Below, in pieces: positions 18,311 to 27,354 of a stretch of 64,000 bases of DNA. The position numbers and the translations under genes are program-made. The DNA comes from Candidatus Omnitrophota bacterium. GTDB lineage: Bacteria > Omnitrophota > Gorgyraeia > B26-G9. The stretch's first letter is position 1; every line of letters begins with the position of its first letter. The DNA lies in NCBI GenBank assembly GCA_043826565.1, contig JBDRPX010000034.1, forward strand, positions 1,096 through 65,095, written 5' to 3'. Under the pieces are notes generated by a model. It was given only the letters and a program-made list of their open reading frames with translations, was not told the origin of the DNA and ran no database searches.

Positions 18311-21300
18311 ATGATAACTCCAATAAAGACAAACAATAAAGCGCTAAAGAAAATTTTCGCGCTGATACTTGTTCAAATATTCCTATTTACCGGGATAGTC
18401 CAGTCCGCTCCTCAGGAATTCCTAGCGCCGTCAGTCCAGGTAACCCATGATGCATTTAAAACAGCCTTTGGAAATGCTACAACAACTATAAGAGGCCCAC
18501 GGGATACATTTCGGGAAACTGAAAATCCTCCGGCACCTTTATATGTAATTCCCGGACACGGCATGGATGTACGATTTCCTTTTATCGGCTCTGGAAAAAT
18601 CAATAATCGACTACGTACGTATAAAGAAGATTTAGTGCTCAGCACCATTGCAGCCCGTAACGCTAGAGCTGAAGCTTTTCTAAACACTGGAGATAAAGCA
18701 AATTTTATTTTTATAGATTTACATCTAGCCGACCATCTCTTAAGCACCTTCCCGCCAGAACATACAAATCAGGCATCGAAAGAAAGACTTATTCAGCAGC
18801 TGGAAGACTACACCTTACTCTTAGAAAAATTCTTAAATAATAATAAACAAGGTAATTACGCCTCCATATCAAATCCCGAAGGAGCTCATCACACAGAAAT
18901 ACTCACGCTTTCTTTAACAGAAATGAATGTGATTAATTTTGTATCACAACAGTTTAATGCTCACATTACACATTCTGCTACAGATAGCGGTGATCTTGTT
19001 GGCCGGACAAATGGAAAATGGGTAATGGTTGGATTATATGAATTTCAAGGACAGGAAACTTATAACCCAATTCCGTTGGATAACATATCCGATTCCCAGC
19101 TACCAAAACACTGCAAATGTACAGTAGTGGATTTAACCTCGAGAAAACTAGAGAATATGAAACTATTACGCAAAGCAAATGCACGTTACCATAAACAACG
19201 TCCTTTAGAAAACATAACTGATGAAGTTCGAGCTGAGATACGAAATGGATTTGAAGTTCACGGCGTTCCTAATGGTATTGGGAGAAAAGTCGTGCATGGA
19301 ACTATGGTTGTTGCGGATATTATAGATTCCCGTCCGGACTTATCATATCCAATGCCCCCATACTCCCCGGAAAATTTTCGAACTGCACGAGGAGAATTAA
19401 GACTTGCAACATCTAAAATTTATGAGAGTTTTAGTTTTCAGGATAACAATAAAGATAGAGCTCGCAAGATTCTTTCTTCCGCCATAAAAAATGCCAGCAC
19501 AGAATCCGGACGTACCGGATTCAACCCAACTCTTTTCTTTCTAGCTAGTATTAGAGATGTAATTCTGCAACTTAACACTGCAGAAGACAAGACTTTGAAA
19601 GAAGATTTAGCCAATATCTCCAAACAGATATCTGATACTATTTACCCCCCATTACATGCCTCTTTCGATGATGATCAGATAAAACCTCAAAGTAAGAAAG
19701 AAAATAATCTGGCTAAAGCTGCAAAAGAATACCTGGATAATTATTTAGCAAAGGAAAAACAATATAGAAAAGCAAAAGAAGCTCTTGTACCACAAATACA
19801 AGCTGAAAAAAGCATAGAAGTAATAGAACTCGAAAAGCAAATAGCAGAACAATCAGCACTAAGAACAAAATCAACAGATGACACAATTAGAGAACAATAC
19901 ATAGACACTATTAATAAACTAGAAATACAATTAGAATCAGTTAAAAGCGACAAGCTAAAAGCTCTTGAAGACAACTTCAATAAACAAAAAACTCTTGAAG
20001 AAGATATGCACAAATATTGGGGCCTTGGGAAAAGCGTATGGCATGTTGCAGTAAAAATTTTAAGAGAACAAGATTGTTCTATTCCAGAAGCAATTTTCAG
20101 AGCTGCTAATCCTTATTGTGTATATCTAATGCGTTATGCAGATAGTGATCACTTTGCGGGATCATATACTACCTTTGCTGAAATATCCAGTGAACTTCTT
20201 TCAAACTGGGAAATAGTAACCAATGCTCCGATAACCCGGAAAGTCTCTTTAAAAAATGTTCCTGAAAATAAACCTTTTATTCTCTTCTTGCCCAGAGATT
20301 TAAAAAACCCAACTGAATATTTTGAACTTCGTGATAAATATCCAAACATGGTAGCTATCATCAGCCGCGCCGGATTGAAGCACTATGGAACCTCGGCTAA
20401 ACAAGAACGCTTTCCAGTACTTAATGAAGCTGCTTCTCTTGTCAATGGACGTAGAGTCTCTACCCGACAGGCAATCGAGGGAAATGAGCCGGCTATTCTT
20501 GACACTGAAACACATATTTTGAAATTATGGCCAACAAGGGAAGAGCTTATTGCTGCACAACTAGAAGAAAAAATGGAACAAGCAGAGGAAATATTTCTCA
20601 ATCGAAGGATTTCTCTACCAGTTGTAACCACCGATGGAGTATCTGTCCAGGTTATGGCCAATCTTGATCGAGCTGAAGATGCCTCTAAATTAGCGAAGCT
20701 CGGCATAAAAAATGTCGGTCTTTACCGCACAGAATATGCTTATATGCAGCGTGGAGACATAACCGAAAATGAATGGGTAAGAATCTTTACCACCCTGGTA
20801 CAGGATTCTCAAGCAGATTTTATCAGCATGCGATTAGCAGACCGTAAAGTTACCGGAAAAGGTGAAGACATAAAAAATGTACCTGCATTCGGTAATAGTT
20901 CTGAAGAAGGTATCCGATTTCTACTTTTTGATAGTGTTGGCAGAAATATTGCGCTAACCCAGTTGCGAGCAGCAATGCGCGTATATGCTAAACATAAAGT
21001 AATTGGAGCTATGTTCCCGATGATCTCAACTACCGATCACGGAACCCGCGCACTGGCACTTTTCGATGAAGCTAAACAAAATCTCATTGATAAAGGGCTC
21101 GTAACAGAGCGTGACCTCGAAGGATTTAACAAGGGGTTAATGTTTGAAACACCATCTGCAGTAGATGCAAGCAAAGGATTAATGGAACGATTTTCTTTCG
21201 GGAGCTTTGGTTCTAATGATTACACCTCATTATCCGAATCTTTTTCGCGCGGTGATGAAGGATCAACAGAGCGTCTCACGGAATTTACCCCGAACATATT

Positions 21301-21748
21301 ACATGCTTCAGCAAAACTGGTTCAATCTGGTATGCCAGAAATAACAAGTGGACGTACCTCTAATTTCCCCCTATCTATCTGTGGAAATGTCGCTTCAAAC
21401 CCTTATTATCTACTCTATGCTGCATATGCAGCTTCTAAAGGAGGATTAATAAAACCAAGTGTTGGCCTGGGAGAAACAGCAAAGGTAATGGAATTCATCC
21501 GTCATATTGATACACGAAAATTAGCTGAAATTTTTGAAGATTCCCGGACACAAAATGATGAAATCACCTTAAAAACAGCTTTGACTCCGGAAGTAGAGCG
21601 AATCACAAAGGAAATCGCACTAGCTACTGATGCTGTATTTCAGGAAATAATGTTTAATACACCTGTTGAATCTTCATCAGATGATTCAATTTCGGGATTT
21701 CCGGCAACTCAGTTCACTCAGATGGATCTCATAGAACAGGCAATATAA
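18311..21748 (+). CDS. Large secreted protein with central coiled coil and C-terminal PEP-utilising-enzyme (PPDK / enzyme I-like TIM barrel) domain; family member
   Basis: Real start at ATG 18311: MITPIKTNNKALKKIFALILVQIFLFTGIVQSA; mature N-terminus APQEFLAPSVQVTHDAFKTAF. The PEP-utilisers barrel motifs are GLYRTEYAYM and FSFGSFGSNDYTSL. The tail is ...QMDLIEQAI. Confidence 0.7.
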   Translation: MITPIKTNNKALKKIFALILVQIFLFTGIVQSAPQEFLAPSVQVTHDAFKTAFGNATTTIRGPRDTFRETENPPAPLYVIPGHGMDVRFPFIGSGKINNRLRTYKEDLVLSTIAARNARAEAFLNTGDKANFIFIDLHLADHLLSTFPPEHTNQASKERLIQQLEDYTLLLEKFLNNNKQGNYASISNPEGAHHTEILTLSLTEMNVINFVSQQFNAHITHSATDSGDLVGRTNGKWVMVGLYEFQGQETYNPIPLDNISDSQLPKHCKCTVVDLTSRKLENMKLLRKANARYHKQRPLENITDEVRAEIRNGFEVHGVPNGIGRKVVHGTMVVADIIDSRPDLSYPMPPYSPENFRTARGELRLATSKIYESFSFQDNNKDRARKILSSAIKNASTESGRTGFNPTLFFLASIRDVILQLNTAEDKTLKEDLANISKQISDTIYPPLHASFDDDQIKPQSKKENNLAKAAKEYLDNYLAKEKQYRKAKEALVPQIQAEKSIEVIELEKQIAEQSALRTKSTDDTIREQYIDTINKLEIQLESVKSDKLKALEDNFNKQKTLEEDMHKYWGLGKSVWHVAVKILREQDCSIPEAIFRAANPYCVYLMRYADSDHFAGSYTTFAEISSELLSNWEIVTNAPITRKVSLKNVPENKPFILFLPRDLKNPTEYFELRDKYPNMVAIISRAGLKHYGTSAKQERFPVLNEAASLVNGRRVSTRQAIEGNEPAILDTETHILKLWPTREELIAAQLEEKMEQAEEIFLNRRISLPVVTTDGVSVQVMANLDRAEDASKLAKLGIKNVGLYRTEYAYMQRGDITENEWVRIFTTLVQDSQADFISMRLADRKVTGKGEDIKNVPAFGNSSEEGIRFLLFDSVGRNIALTQLRAAMRVYAKHKVIGAMFPMISTTDHGTRALALFDEAKQNLIDKGLVTERDLEGFNKGLMFETPSAVDASKGLMERFSFGSFGSNDYTSLSESFSRGDEGSTERLTEFTPNILHASAKLVQSGMPEITSGRTSNFPLSICGNVASNPYYLLYAAYAASKGGLIKPSVGLGETAKVMEFIRHIDTRKLAEIFEDSRTQNDEITLKTALTPEVERITKEIALATDAVFQEIMFNTPVESSSDDSISGFPATQFTQMDLIEQAI

Positions 21749-21799
21749 AAAATAGCGTGTAGCGTAGAGCGAGTAGCGTTTAGAAATCCTCTTAGCAGA

Positions 21800-22741
21800 T
21801 TATACACGACAGATTGCCGATTGCATATGGCAAATTACTGATTTTAAAGTTATTTCCTCATTCATGGCGATCCAGCAAATAGACGGTTCCTGCTGACGGA
21901 ACCAGGTTAACTGGCGTTTAGCATATCGGCGGGAATCACGTTTTAAGATATCTTTGGCTTCTTCTTGGGAGCATTCATTATTAAGATAAGCCCCGATCTG
22001 TTTTATACCCAAACCCTGGGCCGCGGTCCGGCTTAAAGACAAGGCGCGTAATTTTTTAACTTCTTCGACAATTCCCGCTTCAAACATCTCATCAACCCTT
22101 TGTTCGATCCGGCTGTATAACTCCCAGCGGTCCCACTCAAGTCCGAACAATTTGTAATCACACCAATCGCCGATCCCCTCGGTTTTTGTCTGCAGACTGG
22201 ATATTGATTCCTTATTGATTTCATAAGCTTCTAAAGCACGGATGATCCGCAAGGAATCATTGGGATGAATTCTTTCCGCGGCCTGCGGGTCAACTTCTTT
22301 TAAACGTTCATGTAAAAACACACTGCCCTTTTTACCGACGGTCTTTCTTAATTCCTTACGTAACAGAGGATCCTTTCCCCCATCGGCAAACAACCCCCGG
22401 GTAAGTGATTTCACATAAAGCCCGGTACCTCCGGCAATGATCGGGATCTTCTTGCGCTCACTTATTTCCTTGATCAATCTTTGCGCGTGCGCGCAAAAAA
22501 TAGCCGCGCTATATTCTTCCTCAGGATTTAGAATATCAATAAGATGATGCGGAACTTTTTTAAGGAGTTTTTCCGAAGGCTTGGCACTGAGAATATCCAT
22601 TCCCCGGTATACCTGCATAGAATCCGCAGAAATAATTTCTCCGTTGATTTTCTTGGCTAATTCCACAGCAACTTCCGACTTCCCGCTTGCTGTCGGCCCA
22701 ACGATAAATATCACTGGCTGTTTAGTTGATTTTAATTGCAT
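21800..22741 (-). CDS. miaA: tRNA dimethylallyltransferase
   Basis: IVGPTASGKS P-loop, ADSMQVYRGMDI and overall MiaA length. Confidence 0.85.
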   Translation of the reverse strand: MQLKSTKQPVIFIVGPTASGKSEVAVELAKKINGEIISADSMQVYRGMDILSAKPSEKLLKKVPHHLIDILNPEEEYSAAIFCAHAQRLIKEISERKKIPIIAGGTGLYVKSLTRGLFADGGKDPLLRKELRKTVGKKGSVFLHERLKEVDPQAAERIHPNDSLRIIRALEAYEINKESISSLQTKTEGIGDWCDYKLFGLEWDRWELYSRIEQRVDEMFEAGIVEEVKKLRALSLSRTAAQGLGIKQIGAYLNNECSQEEAKDILKRDSRRYAKRQLTWFRQQEPSICWIAMNEEITLKSVICHMQSAICRV

Positions 22742-22827
22742 ATTGCAAATCCCATATTGCAGATTTTATATTCTAAAATCTATTTTAATTTTCAATTTTC
22801 AACATTCAACACACAATTTTCAATTTA

Positions 22828-23595
22828 CTACGGGAACATATGGGTTGGTAAATGTTCTTTTGTTCTTAACCGCTCTTCTTCATATTCCGCGGCGATCCGG
22901 GAAACAAATTTTCCCACTCGCACGCGATATAAAGTTTGACCGTTCGACAGTAATTCGGTTATATATGCATCATAGTTTTTATTTTTTAGATCTGCCTGTA
23001 AATCCCGCGCATTCTGCTGATTCGTAAACGAACCAGTCTGTACGGTAAAAAAATTACCGCCGCTGGAATCACGCGACACAATTTCGTTTTCAAAGCTTTC
23101 CGGATATTCCCGCTTTAATCTGTTAAAATATTCTTCCGAACTTACCCATTCACTTTGTTTTTGATATGCCTTTCCGATCTTATAATAAAGCATAGCTTGA
23201 TAATTATCATTTTTATATTGATTAAGCACCTGCTCATAAACACTTATAGCCTGATCAAACAACTGCTGATTAAAATATGTATCGCCGATACCCATATATA
23301 TTTCTATACTTAATTCATCTTCCGCGCAATCCAGAGCCTTCTTAAAAACCTCTCTGGCCTCTTTATATTCATCAAGGCTGATCAAGGTCACTCCCTGTAA
23401 ATATAAAGCCTCGGCTTTTTCCGGCCCCTGGGTTTTCAAAGCCATACTCCGGCTTTTATCCAAAGCATCCGCGGAATCTCCGCGCAGAAGAGCGGAAACT
23501 ATATTATCCGCCTGCTTACTCAACGCATAAGCGTAACTTGTTGCAGTGTTAAATATTACTAACAAAACTAAAAATATAAGAAGAAACTTTTTCAT
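22828..23595 (-). CDS. Periplasmic TPR-repeat protein with C-terminal SPOR (peptidoglycan-binding) domain
   Basis: Signal MKKFLLIFLVLLVIFNTATSYA, TPR-like helices, and a C-terminal FTVQTGSFTNQQNARDL...YRVRVGKF that is typical of SPOR. Confidence 0.6.
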   Translation of the reverse strand: MKKFLLIFLVLLVIFNTATSYAYALSKQADNIVSALLRGDSADALDKSRSMALKTQGPEKAEALYLQGVTLISLDEYKEAREVFKKALDCAEDELSIEIYMGIGDTYFNQQLFDQAISVYEQVLNQYKNDNYQAMLYYKIGKAYQKQSEWVSSEEYFNRLKREYPESFENEIVSRDSSGGNFFTVQTGSFTNQQNARDLQADLKNKNYDAYITELLSNGQTLYRVRVGKFVSRIAAEYEEERLRTKEHLPTHMFP

Positions 23596-23642
23596 GCTAA
23601 CCTCAATTTGGACAATTGACAATAGACCATAGACTATAGACC

Positions 23643-24005
23643 TTAAACTATTTCTTTTTCAACTGCAGAAATCAAACCATACAAAGTTCTTGCTAAAGAT
23701 TGGAATAAATTTTCAATATTTTTAAAAATCAAATCTTCTACATACCCCAATTCATTTGCTAATTGAATCAAACACTCAACTTCTGCCATAGAACCTCTCG
23801 CTATATATAAAAAGTTTAAATAATCCTTTTTATGCTGCCTACTAGCTCCTTCTGCAATATTAGCCATTATAGAAACCGCTGCTCTTCGCAACTGAGAAGT
23901 CAATCCATACATTTCATCTTTAGGAAAGTTTTTAGTTGCCTGATAAATAAAAAGCACCAATTTGCTTGCTACTTCATAAGCTTTTATTTTTTTATAATCT
24001 CTCAT
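23643..24005 (-). CDS. Four-helix-bundle protein of the 23S-rRNA-intervening-sequence (IVS) protein family
   Basis: MRDYKKIKAYEVASKLVLFIY...LRRAAVSIMANIAEG is characteristic of the TIGR02436 / IVS family. It is flanked by imperfect inverted repeats (gaccatagactatagacc at 23622-23639; ctatagtcaatggtcc at about 24027-24042). Confidence 0.6.
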   Translation of the reverse strand: MRDYKKIKAYEVASKLVLFIYQATKNFPKDEMYGLTSQLRRAAVSIMANIAEGASRQHKKDYLNFLYIARGSMAEVECLIQLANELGYVEDLIFKNIENLFQSLARTLYGLISAVEKEIV

Positions 24006-24069
24006 ACTATTAATCTTTTTTAGTCTATAGTCAATGGTCCTGCATATCCCCACATTGACACATCATTGT

Positions 24070-25374
24070 CTATTGTCTAGACCTATATAATTTTTTCTGA
24101 AACTGCAACAGCACCTGATTTCTCTGTTTTTTAACCTCTACCGCAACATCATCTTCCAACCCCGCGGCTTTGGTATGCGGCCGGGGTGAATATTTAAAAA
24201 TATAAGCGGCGTCAAATTTAATTTCTTTAAATAAATTAAAAGTATCCTCAAAATCAGCATCGGTTTCTGTAGGAAACCCTACCATAACATCTGTCGTCAG
24301 TTTTAAACCCGGAACTATGTCCCGGCCTTTTTTTACTAATTCAATATAATGCTCCCGGGTATAACCGCGGTTCATCAGCTTTAAAATTTTATTTGATCCG
24401 GACTGCACCGGTAAATGCAGGAATTTTTTACATTTATCTAATTCCGCCATAGATTTAAACATTTCTAATGATGCGTCTTTAGGATGCGAAGTCACAAAAT
24501 CAAACTTCTTTAAACCTTTAATATCATTCACCATCCTCAGCAAATCAGTAAAGGTTACAGGTTTCATGTTACAAGTTTCATGTTTTTTATTTTTTTGCTT
24601 TTCTACCTGTGACCTGTAACTTGCAACCTGGGACTGGTAGCTATTCACATTCTGCCCCAGCAATGTGATCTCTTTTACTTCTTTATTAACCAATCCTTTG
24701 ATTTCCTTTAGGATATCCTCTGCCGGACGGGAACGCTCCCTTCCTCTTACATATGGCACAATACAGTATGAGCAGAAATTATTGCACCCTTCGGCAATGA
24801 TTACATTACAATGGGATTTATCCGCGATATACTCGGTATTATAAACAACCTCATCCCGCTGTTCCTTGCCCACAGCCAGGCCTTTGGAAAATTCTGTAGT
24901 CATATCCGCAAGCAGTCCGGGTATGGAATTAATATTATTCGGGCCTACGACCAGATCGATCAATGGCGATCTCGCGAACGCGGATTGCTGATAGTTCTGC
25001 GCCATACATCCGATCAAACCCACAATAACTTTTTTAGCTTCAGGCTTCAGGCTACAGGCTTCAGGGGCAAAACCATTAGTATTTTTTTTATACTCTTTGT
25101 TTTTAAAACTTGTAGCTTGCAGCTTGTGGCTTGAAGCTTTTAGCTTTTTAATTCTGCCGATCTCAGACCACACCTTATCCTCGGCCTTTTGCCGCACCGA
25201 ACAGGTATTAAACAAAATCACATCCGCCTTTGCCGGAGAATCCACCAGTTTATAGCCGTGCTTGATCAGCATCCCCGCAACTAGCTCAGAATCCCTGTCG
25301 TTCATCTGGCAGCCGAAAGTCCTGATGTAGATTTTTTTAGGCATATTTTTGTAAGTTTTTGATTCTTTTGACAT
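24070..25374 (-). CDS. MiaB/RimO-family radical-SAM methylthiotransferase carrying in-frame repeat-derived insertions and lacking a clear TRAM domain
   Basis: N-terminal MTTase domain (IYIRTFGCQMNDRDSE...FNTCSVR), and a radical-SAM CNNFCSYC motif. Two low-complexity insertions (KLKASSHKLQATSFKNKEY...PEACSLKPEAKK and SYQSQVASYRSQVEKQKNKKHETCNMKPV) are encoded by 7-mer tandem repeats. Confidence 0.7.
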   Translation of the reverse strand: MSKESKTYKNMPKKIYIRTFGCQMNDRDSELVAGMLIKHGYKLVDSPAKADVILFNTCSVRQKAEDKVWSEIGRIKKLKASSHKLQATSFKNKEYKKNTNGFAPEACSLKPEAKKVIVGLIGCMAQNYQQSAFARSPLIDLVVGPNNINSIPGLLADMTTEFSKGLAVGKEQRDEVVYNTEYIADKSHCNVIIAEGCNNFCSYCIVPYVRGRERSRPAEDILKEIKGLVNKEVKEITLLGQNVNSYQSQVASYRSQVEKQKNKKHETCNMKPVTFTDLLRMVNDIKGLKKFDFVTSHPKDASLEMFKSMAELDKCKKFLHLPVQSGSNKILKLMNRGYTREHYIELVKKGRDIVPGLKLTTDVMVGFPTETDADFEDTFNLFKEIKFDAAYIFKYSPRPHTKAAGLEDDVAVEVKKQRNQVLLQFQKKLYRSRQ

Positions 25375-25422
25375 TGTGATTTTCTTTCTGTTTCTGAAAG
25401 CAAAAAACTGTTATAACCTGTT

Positions 25423-26355
25423 TTATTTCGATTTTTCTAAAACGCTTCTTAATTCATCAACTGCTTTCTTATGTTTGCCAACACTCATCTTCGATAAGTT
25501 AACTAGTTTCCATTTAACAGCTGGCATATCTTTTGCTCTTTCAACGCCTAACAGATCCCATTTGGGTTTTTGTTCCTTGAAAGACAAAAGAAAGGTGCGT
25601 TCATCATCAGTTAACTTCTTATTAATCTCTTTGATTAGTGTTTTTCTAACACTTTCCAATTCCTCATATTTTACCCCAAATGATGTCATCCCCGAGAACT
25701 CATTTTCAAAAACCAATTTCATGTCTTTAAGGTTCGGAGACAGCAATTCAGAAATTGGACGATTATGACTGATCAGATAAACAAGGAACGCTTTACGTAC
25801 TTCGTTTGTAATGCCTTCGTTGTGAAGCAATAACATTATATCAAAAATATCTCGAGGGTGTTGACGATCAAGTGCCGCACAAATCTTAGATCCATAAAGC
25901 TCAGCAAACGACAATGTCTTAATAGTTACGAATTTCTCAAAAATATCTTCCGCTTTTTTGCAAATATCTTTTTCTTCACAATTAAATAACGCTCCGCGAA
26001 TAACTTGATTCGGCTCGATCTTGACGATTGCGTTTCGCCTTTTAACAAAAAGCTTTGTTGTAAAATTATTAGGAGTTTCTATTTTCTCTTCAATTTGTAC
26101 AGCTGGTAAACTTGTAGAAATTCGCCCGGATATCAACTTCAACTTCTCACTTATCTCTTGCAACGTTTTCTCTCGAGAACCAACATTTAAATAAGTAAGA
26201 TCAATATCAACAGAAAGGCGCGGCATATCCTGCACAAAGAAGTTAATTGCCGTGCCACCATGCAAAGCAAAGCTGGGATCTTCAGCCATATACGGAAGAA
26301 TCGATATCAAAAGATCTGCTTGTTGATAAAATAAATTTTTATCCATATCTTTCAT
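25423..26355 (-). CDS. abiEii: AbiEii/AbiGii-family nucleotidyltransferase (type IV toxin-antitoxin / abortive-infection toxin)
   Basis: HGGTAINFF...SVDIDLTY matches the nucleotidyltransferase motifs of the DUF1814/AbiEii family. The AbiEi-like gene follows directly. Confidence 0.7.
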   Translation of the reverse strand: MKDMDKNLFYQQADLLISILPYMAEDPSFALHGGTAINFFVQDMPRLSVDIDLTYLNVGSREKTLQEISEKLKLISGRISTSLPAVQIEEKIETPNNFTTKLFVKRRNAIVKIEPNQVIRGALFNCEEKDICKKAEDIFEKFVTIKTLSFAELYGSKICAALDRQHPRDIFDIMLLLHNEGITNEVRKAFLVYLISHNRPISELLSPNLKDMKLVFENEFSGMTSFGVKYEELESVRKTLIKEINKKLTDDERTFLLSFKEQKPKWDLLGVERAKDMPAVKWKLVNLSKMSVGKHKKAVDELRSVLEKSK

Positions 26356-27120
26356 TTATTTAGGAACGACTATTTTATATTTACTATTATAATGACCATT
26401 TTTAGCAAGAGACCTCTTCCCTGTTCCAAAGCTAACCTTTTCAAGATTTAGTTTATTAACCCACGCATGATTATGCTTCTCAGCTAAATACATGAAAAGT
26501 CTTTTTGCCTTAACTGAACCGCATTTTTCTAAGAGATTCTGAACCATATGTGGACGTAGCGTTACAAGACCAGACAATATATGATCTAATTCATCAAAAG
26601 ATTCCCGTATAGGAACATCATAACAAAACTCTAATGCCGCTCTTTCAGGTGAAGATATTTTGATATCGTAATTACCTGCATTATATGTTGTAAGACCCAA
26701 GGATATATCTTTTCCAAAAAGATCGGTCATTACATAACGGATTTCCACTTCCCATTTATAGCTTTTAAACCATGCCGGAAGCTTTTCGTTTTTAGAACCG
26801 AAAAGTACTATTTTTGATTGCTTTAAATTTGCCGGGAGGTAATGTGCGTTTCCTTGTAGTTGGAGAGCAGTTTTCCCCGAGGGATGAACAGACATGTTTA
26901 AATGTGATTGTAAAGCATAAAGTCCACTACTCCACTCAACATTTTCACCAGCCCTTTTAAAAGCACCTTGGCCTATTCGTTCTATCCAGCCAGTCTTAAC
27001 GTAAGTATCAGCTAATTGACGATATACACCCTGCCTCTCAAGGCCAGCGTAAACAACAACAGTATTTTTAGGCCAATTCTTAAGCAAATTGTTTATTATA
27101 CTTCTATTTTGTCTACTCAT
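26356..27120 (-). CDS. abiEi: AbiEi-family antitoxin / transcriptional regulator
   Basis: The N-terminal winged-helix-like region and its size match the AbiEi_4 family. Stop and start are adjacent to abiEii (26355/26356). Confidence 0.65.
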   Translation of the reverse strand: MSRQNRSIINNLLKNWPKNTVVVYAGLERQGVYRQLADTYVKTGWIERIGQGAFKRAGENVEWSSGLYALQSHLNMSVHPSGKTALQLQGNAHYLPANLKQSKIVLFGSKNEKLPAWFKSYKWEVEIRYVMTDLFGKDISLGLTTYNAGNYDIKISSPERAALEFCYDVPIRESFDELDHILSGLVTLRPHMVQNLLEKCGSVKAKRLFMYLAEKHNHAWVNKLNLEKVSFGTGKRSLAKNGHYNSKYKIVVPK

Positions 27121-27354
27121 AATAGACAGTTTAGCATAATTTTAAACTAATGTCAAGGTTTTCTTGCAGAATTTTATGGTTTGAAAAGATGCTATTTTGT
27201 CAATCTATTATAGACATCTAGGAATAATTATAAACCCTGAACCCTAGCGCCATATACAGTTCAGTAACATGAGTTTACAATTCGAGAATATTTGCTAATA
27301 CCCATTTTATTACACCCACACATTAACTAAAAAACAATTACTGTTTTGCTATCC

